From assembly GCF_001306055.1 (NCBI RefSeq), contig NZ_LGHJ01000011.1, positions 276,579 to 308,578 on the forward strand: 32,000 bases of DNA, in the 5' to 3' direction. Under the pieces are notes generated by a model. That model was not told the origin of the DNA and did no database searches. It worked only from the letters and a program-made list of their open reading frames with translations. This stretch comes from Bellilinea caldifistulae (GTDB lineage Bacteria > Chloroflexota > Anaerolineae > Anaerolineales > Anaerolineaceae). Below, in pieces: positions 8,098 through 15,096 of this stretch; position 1 is the first letter of the stretch, and each line of letters opens with the position of its first letter. Made by a program: the position numbers and the translations under genes.

Positions 8098-8175
8098 TGT
8101 TAGAAGATAATTTTCTTCACCCTCATTTATAACACGTTTGAAACGGCTTGCAGGTAAAATGATAGCAGAAAATGA

Positions 8176-8184
8176 TGTTATCGG
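8176..8184 (+). repeat. Right copy of 9-bp direct repeat TGTTATCGG at islet junction
   Basis: Read directly: atgaTGTTATCGGttt at 8172-8187. Confidence 0.5.
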
Positions 8185-8208
8185 TTTTTTTGAGAGAGGC
8201 GGTGAGGG

Positions 8209-9174
8209 ATGATTGTCAAAATCGGTACTTTTAACCTGAATAACCTGTTTTCTCGTTTCAACTTCAAGGGGCGTATTGAGGCCATTCTCGCTGGTGATAC
8301 CGGCCTGAGTGTGACCTACACTTTTGACGATCCGCAGGATTACGCCATCCGCTCCTTCATGGGGCGACTGGTCAAGGGAAAGGATGAAGCCGCCACAACC
8401 CTGATCGCCCGCCGTATTCTGGAAATGGATGCGGATGTTCTGGCGGTGCAGGAAGTGGAAGACCTGCCGGCGTTGCAGCATTTCAACCGCGATTATCTGA
8501 GAAGTTTGTACCCCTATCAGGCTTTGGTGGAGGGCAACGACCCGCGCCTGATTGATGTGGGCGTTTTGAGCAAATTGCCCATCGGGGCGTTGACCTCGTG
8601 GCGGTTTGCCTCTCATCCCGACGAACCCGATTCGCCCATCTTTAGCCGCGACCTGCTCGAAGTGGAAATTCTCGACCCTAAACGGCGCAGGCGATTGTTT
8701 ACCCTCTTCAACACCCATCTCAAAAGCCAGTATCTTGCTCCGAACGAAAATCCGATCACCGGTAAGCAGCGAGCTGACCTGACCCGCCGCCGTCAGGCGG
8801 AAGTGACCGAGCGGATTCTCATCGAGCGCACCCGCCCCAACGGTGCGTTTGCCCTGGTGGGGGATATGAATGACTCGCCCGAATCGGAGTGTCTGGCGCC
8901 GTTTGTGCAAAGCCGCGCCCTCGAACTGGTCAACGGGCTGAGTAACGCTCAGGAAACCCGCCCGCCGCGCCGCGATAACCCGTCGCCCGCCAGCCCGCTC
9001 TGGACTCACCGCTACAAAGCCAGCGGCCAGCCGGCCCGCTATGAGTTGTTCGATCAAATCTGGCTCAGCCAGAAACTGGCTCTGCGTCAGACGGCGGCGT
9101 GGATTGGCCGGCGGGAAAAACTGGGCGGGGATGGCAGCGACCACGACCCGGCCTGGGTGGTGCTGGATATTTGA
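8209..9174 (+). CDS. Endonuclease/exonuclease/phosphatase (EEP) family protein
   Basis: The N-terminal IGTFNLNNLF, VLAVQEVED, and C-terminal GSDHDPAWVVLDI are hallmark EEP motifs. GC is native and high. A GGTGAGGG SD lies upstream. Confidence 0.85.
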   Translation: MIVKIGTFNLNNLFSRFNFKGRIEAILAGDTGLSVTYTFDDPQDYAIRSFMGRLVKGKDEAATTLIARRILEMDADVLAVQEVEDLPALQHFNRDYLRSLYPYQALVEGNDPRLIDVGVLSKLPIGALTSWRFASHPDEPDSPIFSRDLLEVEILDPKRRRRLFTLFNTHLKSQYLAPNENPITGKQRADLTRRRQAEVTERILIERTRPNGAFALVGDMNDSPESECLAPFVQSRALELVNGLSNAQETRPPRRDNPSPASPLWTHRYKASGQPARYELFDQIWLSQKLALRQTAAWIGRREKLGGDGSDHDPAWVVLDI

Positions 9175-9189
9175 GGAATGGGAAGCGGC

Positions 9190-9855
9190 TCACCCCCGCA
9201 GCAAGTCGCCCAGTTGAGCAGTTGTTTCCAGAATGAAATCAGCCCCCGCGCGGCGCAGTTCGTTCTCTTTACCGAAGCCGCATAACACCCCCACAGTTTG
9301 AGCGCCGGCGGTCTTGCCGGCGCGGATGTCCACCACCGTATCACCTACCATCAGGCAATCCGATGCGGCAACGCCCATCTGTTCAGCTGCCCATAAGACC
9401 GGGTGGGGAAACGGTTTGGTGTGAGTGCAGGTGTGGGCTGTGGCAATTGCCCGAAAATGCCCGCGCAGGCCGAATTGATCAAGGAAGGCCAGCGTCGCCT
9501 TTTCGCCGCGGGCGCTGACCACCGCCAGCGGGTAGTGTTCTTGCAGATCGGCCAGCAGCCTGTCAACTCCCTCGATGAGAGTGAAGCTCCCCCCTCTTTC
9601 GGCTTGATGGCGAAAGAGCCAGTCCACCAGCCGGGAGGCTTCATCATCCAGATGGAGGCGGTCGAGCATTCCATACACCCAGTTCGCCGGAGATTCCAGC
9701 CCCATGATCAACCAGCGGGCCAGGCGTGAGGCGCGCTGTCGTGCGAGGGGACGCAGCCAGCCCGCCAAATGCGCCGCCCAGCGGTCATCCGTGTCGCTGA
9801 GTGTGCCGTCCACATCGAAGCAAATTGCCCGAATTCGCGCCAAATCGAGGGGCAT
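9190..9855 (-). CDS. HAD-superfamily hydrolase (phosphoglycolate phosphatase-like)
   Basis: Start moved to the ATG at 9855 (MPLDLARIRAICFDVDGTLSDTDD), 2 nt after the upstream gene's stop codon (9858-9860). HAD motifs are DVDGT, VVSARG, K in HTKPFP, and GDTVVD. Confidence 0.85.
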   Translation of the reverse strand: MPLDLARIRAICFDVDGTLSDTDDRWAAHLAGWLRPLARQRASRLARWLIMGLESPANWVYGMLDRLHLDDEASRLVDWLFRHQAERGGSFTLIEGVDRLLADLQEHYPLAVVSARGEKATLAFLDQFGLRGHFRAIATAHTCTHTKPFPHPVLWAAEQMGVAASDCLMVGDTVVDIRAGKTAGAQTVGVLCGFGKENELRRAGADFILETTAQLGDLLRG

Positions 9856-9857
9856 GT

Positions 9858-11300
9858 TTACCAACCAGCCGGTTTGAGCAGGGATAAATCGGCTTCGCGC
9901 GGGACGATCAGCCACAGGGTCTGGTTGCCGCGCTGCTGGAAGAAGACCACCCCATCGGCGGTTTCCTGCCACAACCAGCCGCGTTCCAGGTCTTGCTGGT
10001 CAGCTTCGCCCCAGCGCAGGCGGGCGTAAGCCGTAAAGGCTTGCCGAAATTCACCCGCATCCCGCTCGCTCTCCCATTCGGTAAGCAATCCCATCACCGG
10101 CTGATTGGCAGTTTCATCCCAAAAAACGGCGTAGGCATCCCCCTCCCAGCCGGCTGCCGCCTGACGGGCCAGTTCGTCGGCAATCCGCCAGTTTTCTTGA
10201 AGGCCGTGTGCCAGAATCAGGTAGGTGTACCATTCACCCATGACGCCGCGGTCAAGCTCTTCCACCGGGCGGTTAAGCAGGGTTTCCACTGGCGGCAGAC
10301 TGACGGTAACCGGGCGGTCGTCCGGGTACTTTTCGGGGTGCAGAATCATCTCGGTGGAAACCGGCGGGTTGGCAAAGGCGGCGTCAATGGCCGGATAGCC
10401 GTTCTTCTGAAAGAGGGTCAGGACGAAGTCCACCCCTTCGCGGTAGGGAAAGGCAAAATCCTCACGCAGGAAAGAGGGGGCGGCGTCCAGCACTGGACTG
10501 GAATAACTGGCGTAAAAGGCTTCAATATCCCGCCGGTCTTGGGCCGTGCCGTGCTGGTAAAGCCAGTACTGTTCGGTCAGGCTGGCATCGCCTTCAATCA
10601 GCGCCTGCACGGCGGCGCAGTACTCGCTGTCTTCCTTGCAGTAATCGGGGTTGACTTTCAACCCTTCCCGCAGGTTGTAATGCTGATCTTGCAAGGCATG
10701 GGTAAATTCATGTGCATAGGTAGAACGTTCCATGCCACCGAACGTACCCCCCTGCACCACATACATCTCCTTGGTTTCGCTGTCGTAAAAACCGGCTACC
10801 TGTTCGCTGTACAGGTCAAGGTACAAAGAGTAGAGATCATAATCGCTGTTGAGCAAACCAAACACCGACAGTACCTGCGCATCTTGTCTGGCTTCTTCCG
10901 CCGAGTAATCTTTGAGGAAGTTTTCTTCTACGTGCTGACGCAGCTCTTCGGCGTTCATCAGGCGGCGCTGAACCGGTTGCAGCAATGCCAAACCCCGCAA
11001 CGCGGCAACTTGCCGTTCAATCTCTTCCATCTGCCTCAAGATGGCTGCATCCTCCGCGGAAATCGGGCGGGTGGGCGAGGGTGAAGGGGCAACCTCGGTT
11101 GTGTCGGACGGCGTAGGGGTTGAAACGGGAGTAGCCAGCAGCGGGGAAACCGCTACGGTTGAAGCAAGGCTGAGCGGTGTGGGGGAGGGCCGGAGGGTGT
11201 TTTGCCACAGGACGCCGGCGGTGATGCACACCACCGTCAGACTGCCCAGACAGAACAACACCAGCAGGATCACAATGGAAGCAGGAATACGACTGTTCAT
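9858..11300 (-). CDS. Membrane-anchored HExxH zinc metallopeptidase (MA-clan-like), extracytoplasmic
   Basis: N-terminal TM segment SIVILLVLFCLGSLTVVCITAGVL, a Pro/Thr/Ser linker, then YAHEFTHALQDQH (HExxH) followed by EGDASLTE. An AAGGTG SD overlaps the upstream stop. Confidence 0.8.
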   Translation of the reverse strand: MNSRIPASIVILLVLFCLGSLTVVCITAGVLWQNTLRPSPTPLSLASTVAVSPLLATPVSTPTPSDTTEVAPSPSPTRPISAEDAAILRQMEEIERQVAALRGLALLQPVQRRLMNAEELRQHVEENFLKDYSAEEARQDAQVLSVFGLLNSDYDLYSLYLDLYSEQVAGFYDSETKEMYVVQGGTFGGMERSTYAHEFTHALQDQHYNLREGLKVNPDYCKEDSEYCAAVQALIEGDASLTEQYWLYQHGTAQDRRDIEAFYASYSSPVLDAAPSFLREDFAFPYREGVDFVLTLFQKNGYPAIDAAFANPPVSTEMILHPEKYPDDRPVTVSLPPVETLLNRPVEELDRGVMGEWYTYLILAHGLQENWRIADELARQAAAGWEGDAYAVFWDETANQPVMGLLTEWESERDAGEFRQAFTAYARLRWGEADQQDLERGWLWQETADGVVFFQQRGNQTLWLIVPREADLSLLKPAGW

Positions 11301-11308
11301 AGGACACC

Positions 11309-12589
11309 TTAGTTTTGGTTGACAAAATTGAGCGCGTACTGGGCATCAAAGTAGCCGGGGCGGGCTTCCAGGGCTTTTTGAAAGCTTTCGATGGCCTTTT
11401 GGCGGTTACCCAGACGGTATTGCGCCCAGCCGTGCCACAACAGGGCTTCTTCGGAGTTGGGGGTGATTTTGAGGGCGTACTCGGTCAGCGCCAGCAGGTC
11501 GGCATCCCGTCCGGTGTTGAAGTAGGCAAAAAACGGCCCGAACTGATAGCGTAACATGCGCTGCGGCAGTCCGGCGGCGCGGGCGCGGTCGTAGGCCTGA
11601 GCCGCCTCGGCGTAGGATTCGAAATACACCAGATTGCTGCCCAGATTGAACCACGCAAAACCGTTATTCGGGTCTTGCTCGGTTTCGCGGCGGGCCGTTT
11701 CCAGGGCATTTTTGCGGTTTTGAGCAATGTCCCAGTCCTCGCCCAACAGGTTTTTGACCATTTCCTCCTGTTCGGGAAGGAAAGCAAAGAAGTACACGCG
11801 GTTGAAGGATTGCCAGTTCCTGTCCAGTTCGGCGTAGGGAATGCGCTTATTCGGGCCGTAAAACGAATCCTGGCCGGTAAACGTTTGCGTGGCATCGTCG
11901 TAGCCGCTAACCAGCAGGTAATGACCGGCCCAACGGTCATCGTTCGGCCAGTAGTATTCCTCGAAGTAGAAACTTTCCTCAATTACCACCGGCAAGCCGG
12001 CGGCGATGAAGCCTTTGAGCAGTTCTACCGTCCCGCCGACGCGGAATTCACTGCGCAGCCAGCCGGCGTAATTGCGGGTGTAGTAAAGCAGCTCTTCGAT
12101 GTTCACGTTGCGGTCTTGAGGAATGGGTTTGATGACATCCGAGATAGTGAATTGGTCACCTTTCCAGCCAAAAAAGTTGAGGAACATGGAGAGAGTGGCC
12201 GGGCCGCAGTTGTTGATATCCTGCTTCTCCCAAGGCGGGGCGGGCAGCTGCACCTGTGCCGGAATGGGGGTGGGGGTCGGGCTGGGGGTAGGAGAAAGCA
12301 GCGGCGTGGGGGTGGCGGTTGCCGGTGTTGCCGCCGGGGCAGTCGGGCTGGGGGTCAAGGTAGATTGCTCCAGCGCACCGGCCTGGACGGGCAGCGCCGT
12401 GGGCATGGCCTGTATCGGCTGAAAGATACCTCGAAGGTAGGTGCGGGCAATTTCCACCCGCCAGGCAATGCGGGAGTGAAACGGCGAAAGCGGGCTGACC
12501 AGCCAGCCAATCAGCAGTAGAGCGCCTGCAATTACCAGCCAGAAAGGCAGCCTGGAGCGTTTTTGATAGGGGATTTTTCGATAACGCAT
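11309..12589 (-). CDS. Membrane-anchored peptidase C39-like domain protein with C-terminal TPR repeats
   Basis: Start set at the only in-frame ATG (12589; MRYRKIPYQKRSRLPFWLVIAGALLLIGWLV is a signal anchor). PT-rich linker, then NNCGPATLSMFLNFFGW (C39-like Cys motif), then TPR-like repeats (AWFNLG..Y..A..AYDRA ...). No clear SD, so the start is uncertain. Confidence 0.75.
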   Translation of the reverse strand: MRYRKIPYQKRSRLPFWLVIAGALLLIGWLVSPLSPFHSRIAWRVEIARTYLRGIFQPIQAMPTALPVQAGALEQSTLTPSPTAPAATPATATPTPLLSPTPSPTPTPIPAQVQLPAPPWEKQDINNCGPATLSMFLNFFGWKGDQFTISDVIKPIPQDRNVNIEELLYYTRNYAGWLRSEFRVGGTVELLKGFIAAGLPVVIEESFYFEEYYWPNDDRWAGHYLLVSGYDDATQTFTGQDSFYGPNKRIPYAELDRNWQSFNRVYFFAFLPEQEEMVKNLLGEDWDIAQNRKNALETARRETEQDPNNGFAWFNLGSNLVYFESYAEAAQAYDRARAAGLPQRMLRYQFGPFFAYFNTGRDADLLALTEYALKITPNSEEALLWHGWAQYRLGNRQKAIESFQKALEARPGYFDAQYALNFVNQN

Positions 12590-12616
12590 GCACTTGATTT
12601 TACCAGTTTTATTACC

Positions 12617-12654
12617 CCATCCAATGAAACGAAAAGTTTGTACAAATTGGATGG
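12617..12654. repeat. 9-bp perfect inverted repeat CCATCCAAT-N20-ATTGGATGG in divergent promoter region
   Basis: Arms at 12617-12625 and 12646-12654, read directly. A third ATCCAATTT copy lies at 12709-12717. Confidence 0.5.
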
Positions 12655-12734
12655 AGTTTTGATTTTTCTGGCATATTTTTATAAAATTAACATATCTAGA
12701 CAAATTTTATCCAATTTTATTCAAGGAGGGTAAT

Positions 12735-13502
12735 ATGGGCAGGCTGGATGGAAAGGTGGCGATTATCACCGGTGGTTCGGGCGGCATTGGGGCAGCGGCA
12801 GCCCGGCTGTTTGTCGCCGAAGGCAGCAAAGTGCTTCTGGCGGATATTAACGAGAGTGTGCTAAAGGATCTGACGGGTGAACTTGGCAGCGAAAATGCCG
12901 ATTACATCGTTGCCGATGTAACTTCACCGGAAGACAATCAGGCAATGGTCAAAAAAGCCGTTGAGCGGTTTGGCAAAGTCAATGTCTTCCTTGCCAATGC
13001 CGGTATTGAAGGGACGGTCAAACCGTTGCACGAATACCCGCTGGAAACTTTTGACCGGGTTCTGGCCATCAACGTACGGGGTGTGTTCCTCGGCTTGCAG
13101 AGTGTCATTCCGGCTATGTTGCAGGCGGGCGGCGGTAGTATCGTCATCACCTCATCGGTTGCCGGCGTGGTCGGTTCGCCCGGCTTTTCGGCTTATGTGA
13201 CCAGCAAACATGCCGTGATTGGCATGATGCGCAGCGCCGCACTGGAATACGGCAGCATGGGCATCCGCGTCAATACCATCAACCCGGGTCCCATTGAAAC
13301 CCGCATGATGCGCTCAATTGAAGAAATGGCAGCCCCCGGCGCCGGTCAGCAGGTCAAAGCCGGTTTTGAGGCTCAGGTTCCACTCAAACGCTACGGCTTA
13401 CCGGATGAGGTCGCCCGATTGATGTTGTTCCTTGCTTCGGATGAAAGCAGTTACACCAACGGCAGCGTTTATGTGATTGACGGCGGTTTTACCGCAGCCT
13501 GA
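12735..13502 (+). CDS. Short-chain dehydrogenase/reductase (SDR) family oxidoreductase
   Basis: TGGSGGIGAAAA cofactor motif, NAGI, and the catalytic S...YVTSKHAV (YxxxK). AAGGAGGG SD lies 5-6 nt upstream. Confidence 0.9.
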   Translation: MGRLDGKVAIITGGSGGIGAAAARLFVAEGSKVLLADINESVLKDLTGELGSENADYIVADVTSPEDNQAMVKKAVERFGKVNVFLANAGIEGTVKPLHEYPLETFDRVLAINVRGVFLGLQSVIPAMLQAGGGSIVITSSVAGVVGSPGFSAYVTSKHAVIGMMRSAALEYGSMGIRVNTINPGPIETRMMRSIEEMAAPGAGQQVKAGFEAQVPLKRYGLPDEVARLMLFLASDESSYTNGSVYVIDGGFTAA

Positions 13503-13542
13503 TCACCTCAGCCAACCATCATCGGGCCATTTCAAAAGAGCG

Positions 13543-13573
13543 CCGGAGGGAAGTCCCCTCCGGCATTTTATTG
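13543..13573 (+). terminator. Rho-independent terminator after the SDR gene
   Basis: 9-bp stem GCCGGAGGG (13543-13551) / CCCTCCGGC (13557-13565) with a 5-nt loop, followed by ATTTTATT. Confidence 0.7.
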
Positions 13574-13689
13574 TCAGGTCACGGGTGGGGATAATTCTGC
13601 GGGCTCGATTTTTCCACCTCAAAAAAAATGCCGTTGCGGGGTTTGACGGGCGGGTGGGATTTCTTTTTCCAAGAGGGTATAATAATCTC

Positions 13690-14565
13690 ATGGAAAACGG
13701 ACAGCCCGTTCCGCAGCGAATTGCCATCGGTTATCACCCGTCTCTGGCGGATGCCCCGCTGGAAGCCGAGCAGATCACCCGCTTTTTGCAGGGCCGCGGG
13801 GTCGCACAGGTGATTCACGCCCCCATGTCGGATAAGGCTTTTCGCCAGCAGGTGAAAGCCGGCCAGTTTGACCTGCTCATTGCGCTGGGCGGGGACGGCA
13901 CCATGCTGCGCGCCGGTCATTTGTGCGCGCCGCTCGGCATTCCGGTGCTGGGAATCAATTTAGGACGCTTCGGCTTTCTGATGGAAGTTCAGCGCGACGA
14001 GTGGCGAGAGATGCTGCCGCGCCTGCTGGATGGGCGCTACCGGCTGGAAAACCGCATGATGCTGCGCGCCGAGCACCGGCGCGGCGATCAATCCCTGGGC
14101 TGCTGGAGCGTCTTGAACGAGGTGGTCGTCTGTCGCGGCCAGTATGTCCGCCCGGTGCGCCTGAAAGCCAGCGTGGATGGGTACACGCTGGCAACCTATA
14201 TTGCCGACGGGCTGATTGTGGCAACCCCTACCGGTTCAACCGCCTATGCGCTGGCTGTCGGCGGCCCAATTTTACCCCCGGATTTACGCAACATCTTAAT
14301 CGTCGCCGTTGCGCCGCATCTCTCGCTTGACCGCGCAATTATCCTCTCAGAAGGCTCGGTGGTCACGGTAACCGTCAATACCAATCACGAGGCGGTTTTG
14401 AGCGTGGACGGCCAGGCTCCCATCACCATGCTGGACGGCGATTCGGTACGGGTAGATGCCCTGCCCGAAATGGCGCGCTTTGTTCGTTTTCAGGACTATG
14501 GTTATTTCTACCGCAACCTGACGGCCTACATGGAACAAAACCCCGCCGCTGAGGATTCATCATGA
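13690..14565 (+). CDS. nadK: NAD kinase
   Basis: Start at the ATG at 13690 (MENGQPVPQRIAIGYHP). It has the GGDGTMLRA signature and the NE..V and TPTGSTAYALA motifs. The upstream part of the track ORF overlaps the SDR gene and its terminator. Confidence 0.9.
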   Translation: MENGQPVPQRIAIGYHPSLADAPLEAEQITRFLQGRGVAQVIHAPMSDKAFRQQVKAGQFDLLIALGGDGTMLRAGHLCAPLGIPVLGINLGRFGFLMEVQRDEWREMLPRLLDGRYRLENRMMLRAEHRRGDQSLGCWSVLNEVVVCRGQYVRPVRLKASVDGYTLATYIADGLIVATPTGSTAYALAVGGPILPPDLRNILIVAVAPHLSLDRAIILSEGSVVTVTVNTNHEAVLSVDGQAPITMLDGDSVRVDALPEMARFVRFQDYGYFYRNLTAYMEQNPAAEDSS

Positions 14566-15083
14566 TCGAAGATGCCCAACCCAAAATGTATTGCGTCAAT
14601 CATCCTAACCGCGAGACCTTGCTGCGCTGCAACCGCTGTGAACGGCCAATCTGCACCGAATGTGCCGTGCTGACCGAAACCGGCTACCGCTGCCGCGACT
14701 GCCTGCGCGGCCAGCAAAAGAAATTCGAAACCGCCCAGTGGCTGGATTATCCCCTTGCGCTGGCGGTTGCCGGTTTGCTGGGTTTTTTGGGTAGTTTGTT
14801 GACGTCTTTTCTGGGATTTTTTACAATTTTTCTGGCGCCGATTGCCGGTGTGATCATTGCCGAGGCAGTGCGCAGTGTGACCCGCAAGCGCCGCTCCCGA
14901 CTGTTGTACAACACCGCCACGCTGGCTGCCGGTGCCGGTGGCGCCATTCTGCCGCTGATCAATGTGCTGGGTATTGTGATGGGACTGGGCATGTTGAATC
15001 TTTTTGGGCTGATCTGGCAGGTGTTGTACGTAGTACTGGTGACCAGCACGGTCTTTTACCGACTGACCGGCATTCGAGTTTAA
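14562..15083 (+). CDS. B-box/zinc-ribbon N-terminal domain membrane protein (4 predicted TM helices)
   Basis: The ATGA overlaps the nadK stop. Cys/His cluster CVNHPNRETLLRCNRCERPICTECAV..YRCRDC, followed by four hydrophobic segments. Confidence 0.7.
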   Translation: MIEDAQPKMYCVNHPNRETLLRCNRCERPICTECAVLTETGYRCRDCLRGQQKKFETAQWLDYPLALAVAGLLGFLGSLLTSFLGFFTIFLAPIAGVIIAEAVRSVTRKRRSRLLYNTATLAAGAGGAILPLINVLGIVMGLGMLNLFGLIWQVLYVVLVTSTVFYRLTGIRV

Positions 15084-15096
15084 TGAACGCAACCTT

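Larger units (their letters stand above)
5794..8184. other. Low-GC genomic islet (R-M cassette) bounded by 9-bp direct repeats; no mobility gene
   Basis: Abrupt compositional drop. Sampled 60-nt lines inside count about 33-40% GC versus about 60% outside. TGTTATCGG is present at both junctions. Confidence 0.6.

Noticed and set aside
8100-8126. 8-codon mini-ORF (MRVKKIIF) upstream of the methyltransferase as a leader peptide or controller
   Set aside because: It is too short, has no SD and lies upstream of the predicted promoter. It is most likely fortuitous in AT-rich DNA.
8095-9144. 349-aa minus-strand ORF antisense to the EEP gene
   Set aside because: It lies entirely opposite a gene with clear family motifs. 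Its translation is Arg/Gly/Ala/Pro-rich and low-complexity with no recognisable motifs, which is typical of a shadow ORF in high-GC DNA.
8209-9174. EEP nuclease gene as a third component of the R-M islet
   Set aside because: Its GC content and codon usage match the host. It lies outside the 9-bp repeat boundary and is transcribed divergently.
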